A stretch of 64,000 bases of DNA from Mustelus asterias (Eukaryota), in contig NC_135801.1 of the NCBI RefSeq assembly GCF_964213995.1, forward strand, positions 134,354,001-134,418,000, in the 5' to 3' direction. Position 1 is the first letter of the stretch, and every line of letters begins with the position of its first letter. Under the pieces are notes generated by a model that saw only the letters and a list, made by a program, of their open reading frames with translations, searched no databases and was not told where the DNA came from. This document shows positions 1 to 13,500 of this stretch, one piece after another. A program made the position numbers and the translations under genes.

Positions 1-710
1 TTTTCTCTCAGGAGGACAGCAGGCATGTTCCACCCTTGCCGATCCACCAGTGTCCTTGGGCTGCAGCAGTCTGGATGTCCAGGCTGCTGCAGCCCAAGCT
101 GTAACAGCGCAATGTCAATTCAGCACTTTTAACCCACAGCTGCTCAAGGTCACCCTCCAAGGCCATCTACAGTCTTCTTAAGATGACACTCAGCAACTTT
201 CTACCAACCTTGCTGCAGCCACTGAGGTAGCACCTTGTAGCGGTACAAGAGGCAAATGCACGTGGAAGAGTTTCTATTGGAACACAGCAAGGATGATTAG
301 TTTATTTGTGTCTGCATTATATCATGATTTAATTTATAAATTTGGATTAGAATATGCATTTTGGTTTGGCTTTTATTTTTGTGGGAAAGAAAATAATGTG
401 ATGGAGAATGAAGGGGCACAGATTTAAAGTGCAAAATAAGTAAAAGTGGCATGAAGAAAAACGTTCTCACGCAATGAGTGTTAGGGTCTGGAATGTTGTT
501 TCTTGAGTGTGGTGTGGAGGCAGGTTCAATTGAAGCATTCCCTATGGTGGAAGAATCCAGAACTACCTACCTATATCGTGCAGGTAAACTTTTGCCCGTT
601 TTATGATTGGATGGGCTGACAGCCATTCAGGTGCACAGTGCACATGTGCAAAAAACAAAGACACAAGGGCATGGGGCAGGAGGAGACTCCACAGCTTTCT
701 CCCAGCTGAG

Positions 711-948
711 TAACAACTTTTTCACACAGAGAGTGGTACGTATGTGGAATGAGCTGTCAGAGGTGGTGGTAGAGGCGGGTACAATTAGAACAGTTAAAAG
801 ACATTTGGACAGGTACATGGGTAGGAAATGTTTAGAGGGATATGGGCCAAACAAAGCAAATGGGACTAGTTCAGTTTAGGAAACCTGGTTGGCATGGACG
901 AGTTGAGCTGAAGAGTTTGTTTCCATGCTGTCTATCTCTATGACACTA
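711..948 (+). mobile_element. CR1 LINE 3' fragment
   Basis: [13 protein letters not shown]-terminal ORF2 motif and a ctctatga-type tail. Confidence 0.85.
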
Positions 949-1000
949 TAACCTTTGCCCAAGAAATATGGGACAAATGGCATCCTGGGGATTGAACAAG

Positions 1001-2071
1001 ATTTTACCATTGTGCTGCGCCTGTTTTCGGGCGAAAACTTGGTAAAGTCGGGCATGAGGCGAGTAGCGCGATCCGCGCCTGCCTCTGCGCTGGTTCCCCC
1101 TTTACCAAGGCCCGAAAATGGCCACGATTGGGACCGCGCCCGAAACAGGCTTGACGTCCATTTAAATGCATTTGAATGCATTTAAATTGACTTAATGGGC
1201 TGCACATCCAACTTTACCAGCACTTCCCCTTTACACCGTGTTCGCCTATCCAGAATCGGCGCGCAACAGACATGCTCCATATAAGTTCAATTCGGGCACT
1301 CTAGTTAGTGAGGGGTAAGTGTCGAGCGTCCAATGGCTCTCTGCTTGAGATTGGTGGGGGGGAGGTGGTGGGGGAAGGTGGGTCCGCTGCCACTCTGCTT
1401 GAGGTCGGTGGGGGAGGGAGGAAGAGGGGCTCCACTGCCACTCTGCCTGAGATCAGTGGGGTGAAGGGGATCTGCTGACACTTTGCCTGAGATCAGTGGA
1501 GGGGAAGGGGGGTCCGCTGCCACTCTGCCTGAGATCAGTGGGGGGGAAGGGGGGTCCGCTGCCACTCTGCCTGAGATCAGTGGGGGGGAAGGGGGTCTGC
1601 TGCCGCATTGCCTGAGATTATTGGGGGGGGCGGGTAAGGGGGGGAAGGGGGGGGTCCGCTGCCACTCTGACTGTATCGGTGGGGGGGGGAAGGGGGAGAG
1701 GGGTTCGTGATCGGTCTGGGTGGTAGAGGGGATGGGGGGGATAAGAGGATAAGGGGTCGAGTAATGTTGTGGGGGTGGGGCAATGTCTGTGGGAGCCAGG
1801 GGGAGGCATTATCTGGTCCAGGAGGGATGTGGCAGGGGAACAGCTTTCTATCATTTTTTTTCTGTGCATGCCCAGTTGGAGGTGCTGATCGGAGCTGCAG
1901 GATTTCGGGCGCGTTAAGCCCCGCCCACAGGCTTGTGCAGTGTGATTCGGACGCGCTCGTATTTTTGCAGGCAGAGTGCATATGGGGGCGCCTCAGAATG
2001 GGTCTAAAAGTCGGGTCTGAAACACTCCCAGTTTCAAGTCTGTCCAGCACTGAAAATCAAAATGGTAAAAT
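1001..2071. mobile_element. Non-autonomous DNA transposon-like element with terminal inverted repeats and an internal G-rich minisatellite
   Basis: ATTTTACCATT (1001-1011) and its exact reverse complement AATGGTAAAAT (2061-2071); same layout and end sequence as 37880-38854. Confidence 0.7.
1335..1700 (+). repeat. G-rich minisatellite, about 40-42 bp unit (GGGGGTCCGCTGCCACTCTGCCTGAGATCAGTGGGGGGGGAA), about 8 copies
   Basis: GAGAT core recurs at 1449, 1489, 1531, 1573 and 1614. Confidence 0.9.
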
Positions 2072-4395
2072 ATGGCTCAAAAGGTGAAATTACAAGGCAG
2101 TCCCATAAAAGTCCAGATGGTTGGTCATCTTGTTGGGTCTATTGGTCCTGTAAGCAGTCCACCTTGTGTGTGGTCTCCTCAGAGACACTAAAGCTCCCTG
2201 AGGTTCCCCAATCTGCTGCTGCTTCTCCTCATTGGCTCCTCTTCCACTAACCAGAATAGAGAGACCTGAATGAATCCCATCTTCTGCAATGTACAATCCC
2301 CTCTCTCTGAGATTGTAACATATAATTTAAAACACAGAAACAGAACACTTGGTACAACAGTGGTGGTACTTAAGCTCCACATGAGACTTTGCTTACCATC
2401 CTTCATCTAACTCTTCCAGTATAACCTTCTGCCCCTTTCTCCCTTATTTACTTATCTATCTTCCCATTCAAGGTATCCATGCTTGTCACCTCAATTGCTG
2501 TTTGTCAAAACACATTTCAAATTTCAACAATTCTCTGTATAAAGATGTTTCTCCTGAATTCTTTATTGCATTAGCATTAATGACTATCGTATACTTATGG
2601 CCCCTAGTTTTGAAGTCAAAATATTTCCTGTATGTCACCTGACCAAATCTTTTAATTATTTGAAAGATTGTTCCCCTCAGCCTTCATTTTTGTTTTACAG
2701 AGAGCACCCCAGTTTATCAGTCCCTCATGATAGGTATTACCCATTTAGTTCTGGTTTCATCCTTGTAATTCTTTTTGCTATTACTGTTCTCCTCCCATTG
2801 GGCAGAATGAGTTGAAATGGCTTGATTCTTTTCTTCTTCCCAACTAATTTCAGAAACTGACTGAAATTTCTCACCAAGTTCCTTCAGAATTTATTAGCTA
2901 CAGCACACTGTGTGAAAATAAAAGGTCAACCAGAAATTATCATGGAAAAGCAAAAATATATTTGTTTTATCCAGATGCTATTAATATCGTGGTTGTAACT
3001 TTACAGGTCAGGCGTCTGTCCAATGTAAATTAAACGGTTGGAGAGGATGAATGTTTTAAGGAGATTTTCCAAATAGAATTTAAATTATGCATGGTTTTCT
3101 CTCTGCCAAGTACTTAACATGAAATGCCTTTTTCGGGTCATGTTGTCTGACTATTTTTTGAAAATCAAAGCTACAATGTTATTGTAATATGGTTAACCTT
3201 GCTTTTCTAACTTTGAGTTGTTTTCCCTCATCTTATTTACTGAAGTGCTAGCGATATAAAGACCAAAGTGAACTAAAAATAGAAGCTGATATAAAAAGCA
3301 GAAAATAATGGGATATACAGCAAGTTCATCGACAAATGAAAGGAAAAAGAAACAAATGTTTTCATGGTGATTCTGAGGCTTGCCTGTCTTGTCAGCTTGG
3401 ATCTGTAATGTCTCACTGGTTGAGACTTTGAATTGGACTTTGATTGGATTGGATTGGATATGGCTAAAAAAAATATGTATGCTCCTGATGCCAGAACTCT
3501 GGAGAGTTTGGGCAAGTATGTTTCCCATGATTTCCCATTCACATTCTACTCTTCTAATTCCTGACAAGTCAACATCTTTACATACAGTTTGCTAAAATAT
3601 TGGCTCTGTCTGCATCTCCTGTGATTGGCATACTACAGGAATATAGTAACCATCTTACAACTGAATACAATACTTCAGCTTCTCCTGTTCCCATAAAAAT
3701 AATTTAAAACTTACTATTCTTGGCCTTTGGTTGCATTGCCAGACAAGCTGGTCAGATCATAAACTGCACTCGTTCCAACCACTTGTCTCTGGTATATGTC
3801 ATTGCATAATTAAAGGGAATGGGATTGGCAGAGTCTCTGCAAATCTGGAATCACTGCTTTCCAACCTTCAGCTGAGGTCTGAATACTATTGGCAGAGTAT
3901 GTCTGAACCAACCACCTTACCATCCAGCTAGGTTCAGTATATTTGGCCTTCTTAACAACCCACAAAAGATCCACTCCTATGTCTATTGGATTTAAATACA
4001 GATAGTGACGAAGGCCTCAAACAGCCATTGGGATGAACCAGGTGAACCAGGGACTGGATTTAGAGATTTCGCTGTTTACCCTGAATAATGGGCATCTGGT
4101 GAGGTTTGACGGCTCATGTGACCGAAGTGAAAGCCAGCGCGTTCAGGAGGGGAGAGGAAAAAATGGTTTCCTGTGTAAAGTTTTATCAACAAGATCTAGG
4201 TTGCATGGAGCCTATCAATATAAATGCATTGATATATACCATGAAACTAACAATAATTACCTAACCAAACAGAGAGATTAGAAATATATGATTAACTTAT
4301 ATTCACAGATGAATGTTAAAGCATTTTCAATACACTAGCTATTGTAGCAGAACAAATGAATGAACTTTTGATGGAGACAAATGGAAAGTACTTAC

Positions 4396-4581
4396 CATTC
4401 TCAGAGATCGTATCATGGAAAGTTTAAGTGTCGGAATATTTATTGTGGAAAGTACCCATTCTAAGCAAGTCAGCAGAACAATAATAAAATCAAATGCATT
4501 CCATCCATTTCTCACATAGGGCATAGGATTTAGTGCAGTCACCTTCAAAATAGCTTCTATTATAAAAATAATTGATAAAAC
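4396..4581 (-). CDS. Nav2-like exon, DII-S2/S3/start of S4: [19 protein letters not shown]...[13 protein letters not shown]...LSMIRSLRM
   Basis: Acceptor ttaatacag, donor ATG|GTAAGT; 186 nt, phase 0-0; GWN.FDF motif. Confidence 0.95.
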
Positions 4582-7500
4582 CTGTATTAAACGAGAAACA
4601 ATTATTGAGAATGAGTAACAAATCTAAAAATAAGAGCTTTAATGGAGGATTAAACTTTTAATCAAGCTTTACTAAATAGAGACTCAGAATAAATGCTGTG
4701 TCTGATTTATGTTGATACCAAATTCCTGCCTCCACTAGTTTAGTAAAAGTTTGTTAAGATAGGTACATTGCTCCCAATTGTTTTCAGAAATTCTTATGCT
4801 CTTTATTATATTTCCAACTTATAATATTTCATTGAATTGTCCAATTATAATATCCTGGTGTATATGTAACTAAATATGTGGGCTAGAAATTGATCCAGGC
4901 TGTATTTTGACCAGAGGTTTTGTGTTTTCTGACCATCCTGTACCCGTTATGGTGGAGGTAGACGGCAGGCAGGTTTGGTGCAAGGCTGTAAATATTCCAC
5001 ATTTACTCAACTGCAGTGCTGGTCTGAGCAGGATTCAGGCTGCTGGCTTCCTGTTAACACATGGTGCAGCCTCTGTGCTCTAATTCTTTAAGACAGTCAG
5101 TCCCACTTATAGAGAAGGGCACGGCAGAGGGAGGGCTTTTAAACTAATAGAATCAATGCTGGGACCCTTATCTATGGAGGTAAAGAGGAGGAGCAATGTC
5201 ACGGTTTTGCAGGGGAGGAAGGCTCACAAGGACGATCCTCAGAAGGGATTGAGAGCAAATCACCAGGGAGATCAGTTCTCAGAGATTGGACCCAAGAAGC
5301 AGGCAGAGGTACCACAATTAGTTGAATGACCCCACTCCGGTGCTTCAGTCAGTGAATGCACCTTCCCTGACATTTCCTACTCACCACGTCACCAAACTCT
5401 CACATTGTTCAACACATCTCATCCCAGTGACTCACCCATTAGCAGTCTATGGCACTGAGGACTCACTCTTAACACCTAGAAACTCCATCTCACTCTCACA
5501 GCCACTCCAATGATACCAGCCTCATATTCAGCTCCGGTTGCCTCCACATACTCCAGCTGTGACAAGTACACCACCCAAACACACTGTAACATAATAACTG
5601 ACATTCTTCTCTCTATCTGTCAGGGCAAGGTGACACACAATAGAAGAGAGGTGAGCAGAAATGGTGAGGTCAAGGACACCTACATCTCCTGACTCCTATC
5701 GAGGAGATGGTTCATCTCAATGACAAAGCCCATGGTATCACTGACAACAATAAGGCTGACAGTATATTTCATATGTTTCTTCTCAACTTGCTGCTCATTG
5801 CTATCGTCATGCTTGATGTGCAAGCTGCAGATGGTGTGCTTTTGGACATCTTGCATTCCACCCCAGTCCCTCTCACTCGCATCAATAGTCTTCTTTCTGA
5901 ATTCCTACTTTCAGACACCCAAGATTTGCGCCACTTGCTCAGTCATAGCAACCCCAGGAGAAAGGGAGAGAGAGAGAGAAAGCAACATCATTATGCGAAT
6001 GCAGAGAACTCATCACTTCATCTGATACTCTGATAGGGGCTGCCTCACAGTGCCAGGGACCCAGGTTCAATTCCCGGCTTGGGCCACTGTCTGTGTGGAG
6101 TTTGCACATTCTCCCCGTATCTTCGTGGGTTTCCTCCGGGTGCTCTGGTTTCTTCCCATTGCCCAAAGATGTGCGAGTTAGGTGGATTGGCCATGCTAGA
6201 TTTCCCTGTAGTGTCAGGGGAACTAGCTAGGGACTGCATGGGGGTTATGGGGATAGGGCCTGAGTGAGATTGTGGTTGGTGCAGACTCGATGAGCTGAAT
6301 AGCCTCCTTCCACATTGTAGGATTCTATGATTCTACTCACAGCCACCACCTCAGATAGTGTCCCTGCAGGTATATTAGACATAACTATAGAATCGGGATC
6401 GGCATGTCATGTGGCACGAGTGATAACTGGGCTACAACCTGGCCAGAAGTAAAGGTAGTTTGTGTGCTAGCTCATCGGAGGGTGAGGTTGCAGACAAGTT
6501 CTGCATACAGGCGACTCAGCTGAGAACCTCATTGGGGAGGGACAGGAGAGAATTGATATTGATACCTACCAAGATGCTTAGTGCATTGGCTGGCCTGCAT
6601 TGTCATGGAGCAGGGAGGAATCCAGCTCCAACCTGGCTGAGGGCACTGTGCAGAGCTTCCCCCTACCACAGTTTCTGTTCAATCTTCCTGTTATGCCACT
6701 AACCTAGATATACTGCTACTACTGCCCCCATATTTGTTGCAACATTTGCGTGGACAGGTCACCCACTCCACTGTGAGGAGGCAGCAATAGTCTGCCGAAT
6801 CCAGCGTGACTCAAAACACCTTAAAAAGCACACCACTGTACTTTCAGAGACTTTGCAACAACACAAGTTGTTCTAGATGACCCTACCTGCAGTTTGCATG
6901 TCTATCCCTTTAAATAATGCGATAGCCAGGCCCCTCTTGCAGCTGAATGCATGTTCTTTGATGAGTGACAAGCGAGAACATTGAATGGGTCAACAGGGTT
7001 CAAGCTCGAAAATAATGTCAAATCAGCAGTGTTGAGTGACGTGGTGACAGCACCAATTCAAAGGTTTCAGTTAGAGGCGAATGCCCTTGCCAGTGTGGAG
7101 TACTGTCCGGGCCATGCTAGAAAGCAGCTAGAGGCACAGCACATCTCACCCAGAGGGCCTCCAGCTTCTTTTTTACCATCTGCAGTGGCACTACACATCC
7201 AAATTGAGCCCTGGGCATTTAAAAACTGAACTTGGAGTTTTTCCAGTGTAATTTCTCCCTGATAAAATACATTTGCACTACTTTAGTACTTGTTGACCTA
7301 AAATATTTTGTATTGTGAATCCTCATCCAAAATTAATTGGCTGGATCTTGTTGGACAAATAACAGTGTATTTTTTTTAAATAAGTGTGTTAAAGATGCTC
7401 TCATTAATGAACAAATTGGACAGCTAATTCATGGGATTAAGAAATATAATGTGATTTGCCAAAACCTGCCAATCAATTTACGATGTTTCACATGAATGGC

Positions 7501-10500
7501 ATCTTTTATTTGTCATTTATATTAATGATTTGGATGAGAATATAAGGGGCATGGTTAGTAAGTTTGCAGATGACACCAAGATTGGTGGCATGGTGGACAG
7601 TGAAGAAGGTTATCTCCAATTGCAGTGGGATCTTGATCAATTGGGCCAGTGGGCTGATGAATGGCAGATGGAGTTTAATTTAGACAAATGCGAGGTAATG
7701 CATTTTGGTAGATTGAACCAGGGCAGGACTTACTCAGTTAATGGTAGGACATTGGGAAGAGTTACAGAACAAAGAGATCTCGGGGCACATGTTCATAGCT
7801 CCTTGAAAGTGGAGTCACAGGTGGACAGAGTGGTGAAGAAGGCATTCGACATGCTTGGTTTCATCAGTCAGAACATTGAATACAGGAGTTGGGACGTCTT
7901 GTTGAAGTTGTACAAGACATTGGTAAGGCCACACTTGGAATACTGTGTGCACTTCTGGTCGCCCTATTATAGAAAGGATATTATTAAACTAGAAAGAGTG
8001 CAGAAAAGATTTACTAGGATGCTACCGGGACTTGATGGATTGAGTTATAAGGAGAGGCTGAATATACTGGGACTTTTTTCTCTGGAGCGTAGGAGGCTGA
8101 GGGGTGACCTTATAGAGGTCTATAAAATAATGAGGGCATAGACAATGTAGATAGTCAATATCTTTTCCCAAAGGTAGGGGAGTCTAAAACTAGAGGGCAT
8201 AGGTTTAAGGTGAGAGGGGAGAGATACAAAAGTGTCCAGAGGGGCAATTTTTTCACACAGAGGGTGGTGAGTGTCTGGAACAAGCTGCCAGAGATAGTAG
8301 TAGAGGCGGGTACAATTTTATCTTTTAAAAAGCATTTAGATAGTTCCATGGGTATGATGGGTATAGAGAGATATGGGCCAAATGCGGGCAATTGGGATTA
8401 GTTTAGGGGTTTTAAAAAAAAAGGGCGGCATGGATAAGTTGGGCCGATGGGCCTGCTTCCATGCTGTAAACCTCTATGACTCTATCTCACCTCTAGATTC
8501 CTAGTTATTTTTAACAACTTGCTGGAATCGCACGTTAACAGTCCATTAAACTCACCACAGAACATTAAGCCTGGTAATTAACAGTGAAAGTACCTTTTGA
8601 AGGAGGCAATGATGATTAATGCAGTGTCAATCAATCTCTGGTGAAGAAATTGAACAATCTTAACTGTGGAGTCTCATTCCTTCAGATGCTAGATTGTTCT
8701 TGGTGATTTTAACAATGCCAAATATTTAATCTTTTTCTTACTTTTCCTTTCAGTCTCTACTTAATCCAATCTTTCTTTCTTTCCATTTTTCCTTCTTTCT
8801 TTTTATTTCTCTTCTGAACTTGATTTGACTAATTCACCACCTCCTTCCCCCCTTCCTCTGTTTGTTTTTAAATCTTTAACTCTTATTTATAAAGGGGATA
8901 CAATGTCGGTCCATTACCCTCACTGCGCCATTTACAGTTCGTACTTCCGGAAAGTTTTGGAGTGAAAGATTTTTAAGCGAAGGATGCAGATAAAAGTCTC
9001 ATGCAGCTTGAAGCGAGTGCCCAACTCAACCAGATCCAGCCCATTAATGAATTTATAATTTTATATTTTCCTCAGACTATTAGCAGAAATATGACTTCAC
9101 ACCTGTTTTGAATTAAAAAGTCAGCCATATTCAACCCTCGAATTTGAACTGAAAGTGGTTGGTGTTGGAAATGTATGATTGGACTCATTTCACTGCAGGA
9201 TCAGCACTTAAAAAGATCTTTACCCCTTTTTTCACTCATTGGGGTTTCAGGTCCTAATCTTGGCCTAAAGTCCTAGTTTTTCTGTTCCTAGAGACGAGGT
9301 ATGATGGGTCTGACCAGGTGTATTGCCATAAACCACACACTGGATCTCAATGAGAGTGCTGGATTCAGGAACTCCTGAAGTAGAAAGACCCAACATCCAC
9401 ACGATTCCATGTTTGAAATGGGTAGAGACTTCACCTCAGTAACATTATATTCTGCACCCTCTCCTTTCCTTCTCCCCTGTGTACTCTACGAATGATGTGT
9501 TCTGTCTGTATAGAGCGCAAGAAACAAAACTTTTCACTGTATCCCAATACATGTGACAATAATAAATCAAATCAAATCAAATCAAACCATTGCAGATTCT
9601 GTTTATCTGGGTCCTCGCCTAGTTTTTGACCATTCTGGCAAACTCATGCTGAAACAGAAACATCCCAGAACTGTCATGGACTTTTGTGGCTATCAAGTTT
9701 TATTACATTGAATATTGCAGATAAATCACATACCTTTTGTTTATTATGTGCTTATCATGCACAATACTTACAGTGTTCCCACTTTCTAGGGCATGAGAGT
9801 AAGGTGCTTGATGGTAGTCTATTGATAGCAGAAGAGTATTTATTAGAATGCAGATTGTAATCACCCCTTCAAAAATTGGGTGTGAAACAAGCATCACTAA
9901 ATATTCCTGAAGTCTTAAAAATGTTGGACAACAGGTCCAAGAACAAAACTTTCGCTTCAATCTTTTTTTGAAGGCATAACATTTAGACTTTTTTTGATGA
10001 TCAGTTTCTTCATCGTCCTCTGCAGGTAAATCACAAAACATTCAATAGTGAAAACAGTGGCACTGGTCTAGCACTCAGATCAATATTAATATATAAACAA
10101 AAGCAAAGTACTGTGAATGCTGGAATTCTGAAATAAAAGCATAAAATACTGCTAATATTCAGCAGGCTTGGCAGCATTCACAGGGTGATAAAGCAGGACA
10201 GATGGTAGTGTAGTGATAATGTTCCTGACCTGATAATCCAGAGGCCCAGACTAATGTTCTGGGGACACGGATGGGGTCTGATCTGGATGGCAACTTGCCA
10301 GTGGTGGTGTGTTCCCAAGCATCTGCCGCCTTTGTCTTTCGAGTAGGTAGAGGTTGCGGGTTTGGAAGATGCTGCTGAAGGATGCTTGCTGAATTGCTGC
10401 AGTGCATCTTGCATATGGTACACACTGCTGCCACTATGTATCGGTGTTGGAGGGAGTGACTGTTCGAGCTGGTGAATGGGGCGCTAATCAAGCAGCTTTC

Positions 10501-13500
10501 TTTGTCCTGGATGGTGTCAAGCTTCTTCAGTGTTGTTGGAGCTACACTCACTTTTTTAAAAAAGTACTTTGATTTTAGTGCTTTTCATTTCCTGGTCAGC
10601 TGTCTGTGAGAATTCTTTAATACAATTTGTTGCATGGACAGCTTGATTACAACCCTATACTGGGAATTCCACTAAAGTTACAAACTATTGCTAGTCAAAT
10701 ATTGACTGTTGGCAACCATTGCCTCATTTTAAAAGCAAGTTCATTTAATTGTTGTCCTTGAAGTTGTGAAAAAGTTTAGCAGCTTGCTGTCAGCTTAACT
10801 TGATGATTAAACAACATTTAACAAGCTTGATTTTAGAATGAAATATCGACACAGTAAGAAACTGTTGCCAAAACCAATGCCAATACCTGTAATGTCTGTT
10901 CTCTACTCTGTCACATGAAATATATTTTCAAACTGAAATATGTTTCTATATTCCAACCAGTCTTAATGTGGAAAGTTTTCTCCAACTGTATGATCGGTAA
11001 TGAAGCCCTGGTTTCAAATTCCGAAACTCAACATTATTTAAATATTTGCAAACGAGAGGCCAAAGTAAGGATTGTCGGCTTGTGTGAAAAGGCCAAAAAG
11101 TACTAAGGTGCTCGATAGCACAAATGGGACGAATGCCAACACCAATAAAGACAACAGATTGACAGATATTCTACCAGGAACTCACCGAGCTGTGCCATTT
11201 CAGTTGCCCATGACATTACAGAATCCATTGAGAAACCTCGAGTCAGTTTTTTTCCACATTTCCGAAACCTTTCTTTTGGATTAAGATTATTCTCTCTTAC
11301 GCGCTAGAAAATAATTCGGCAAACATAATTATTTTTTAAAAGGACAGAAATATACTTGCTGGTAACCAATACTAGTAATAACATGGTGCATAATCAACAC
11401 CAAAATGTGTAACTTGTTCAAGTTCTCCTTTTCGGACTCTCAAGCCAGGAATACATAGCAGAACTTGGGCGCATAAAACATACACTCCCACTCCCAATCA
11501 AGCTGCTTGAGGTCATCCAGTAAGGCCACCAACTCACTTCCTCAGTGAAAGTCAGGGCCTTCCACCAGGCATGCTGCAGCCACTGGTGTAGCACTGCTTG
11601 GGAGAACTATGATAGGCAAAGTCAACTGGAAGACAGGCATTAATGGAATACACAATGGTAAATAGTACATTTTTGTACGAATGAATAATTGGATATGCTG
11701 TTGGACAAAGATGTTGTAAAAATGTTTCTGCTGGTGGCATTTATTGCAAGGTTTTGGTCAAAGTGGATGATACGATGCCACAGGTGGATGGGAAGGTGAG
11801 AATTGTGCAGCCATTGTGATGAAGAGATGTCTTCCGAAGGGAACCAGAGTTTGAGTATCTGCAGCAAAAGTATGCCTGCTACCCCTTTCCTCCATCCTCC
11901 TCTTCCTCCTCCCTCTTAAGTGACTTTGGGCAGTACCCGCATTACAGCGATGTTAGAGAGGATTCACCAGACCACTCCATGGGCTCTGTGGAAAGTGGGT
12001 AGAAGTGTGGCACAGCCTATTCCCTGACTTCAGGGCTTCCTGCAGAGCATGGTGTCTCATTTGCTTTTTTGTATATTTTTTTGAAATATGATACATCAAC
12101 TCAAGTGTGACTTCTGAAGCATGATGGACAGGAGAGCAAAGTTGTGATGGACAAGGCTAGGTAAACCATTTCTATTACACCAACAGATCACGTGGAAAAA
12201 TGGGGTGCTACATAAATGGTATTATCAAGGAGATTGACTTGCAAGCTTTGGCTAAGGCCCTTGAATCTTGGAACATGAGGATCAACACCACTTATTGCCA
12301 TCTCCACAACACCATCCATCTCAGCCTCTGTCTCAGTTTGCTGGCTGCTGAGATCCTTAATCCGTGCCTCTTTTAGCTCTAGATGTGCCTGCTCCAATGC
12401 TCTCCTGGCTGGCCTTCAATCTTGCATCCTTCATAAACTGGAGATCTTAGGGTCAAGCAGAGCACAGCTGCCCCATATCCTACTAACTTGTGCTAAGTCC
12501 TGTTCAGCCACCACCCAAATGTTTGCTGACCTCCATTAGCTCCCAGATCAGCATAAACTCAATTTGAGAAATTCTCAGCAGGAATACCCTGGGCAGGTAG
12601 CTTGAGTCAGCAAATTTCCAGGATGGGGGAAGTGTGGGGTGTGGCGGGGTGTGTGTGGGGTGGCGGGGGGGGGGGGGGGGGGGGGGTGGTGGAGTGCTGG
12701 CTGGAGGTGTGGTTGATGGAGGTGCGGGCTATGGGTTTATGCAGGATACAGTCAGGCCCACTGACCCTGAAAGCAGAGCACAAATGGCTACTATAGAAGG
12801 TTAGAAGGCTTGCCTCAGATCTGTGGGACTTTGCCCAATTAGCTCTTAGGCTATCTAATCATCACCCCTCACACCTTCTCTCATTCTTCCCCACCCAGTC
12901 CCCATGCCCCCTCCATGCCTTCCATGCCAACTCATGTCTATTACCCTTGCCATGGCCTTTTATAGCCCCCTGCCAGCTCATGCTCCCAGCCATCCCCAAT
13001 GCTACTTATAGACCCTTCCATACCTACTCACGTAGTATACACCATGTACAGAACCAATGGGCCATACAGTAACACTGTCATGTGTAGAACTATGAAAAAT
13101 AAAACACTCATTCACAAATCATCTTTTGAAATAATGCTGTTCCAACAATCCTTTAAGCTTTGTCAATCAGACATACCAGTAAATCACATCAATAGCAGAA
13201 GTTTCAAACATTTCTATGTTTCTATTTCATATCTCTTCATATTGTGTATCTAAACATTAAGACATTCACAAAAAAATCACAGAAAGAACAACTTATTCTA
13301 ACCACTTAAACATGTTAATTGAGCAAGTTCAATAGTTCTCCAATTGTCAAAACAAGTCCTACTGAGATAATTATTTTGTGAGTCTTTACATTCAGCCAAG
13401 CAGGTATAGTGAGGGCAGGTGTTGTTGGAAGATGTTGTGGGTAATTTGATGTGTCTTTTTAAAATCTTTGAAGTCATAGGTAGGACAACAGTAAGTATTT

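Noticed and set aside
1305-2087. Pro/Gly-rich ORFs here and at 38062-39010
   Set aside because: They are translations of G-rich minisatellites inside TIR elements.
3273-3542. Hydrophobic minus-strand ORF (RSKLTRQASLRITMK...) as the next DII S4-S5 exon
   Set aside because: It lacks LRV.KLA.SW and the DII pore motif, is out of phase with the nearest acceptor, and stops early. The true exon probably lies left of the window.
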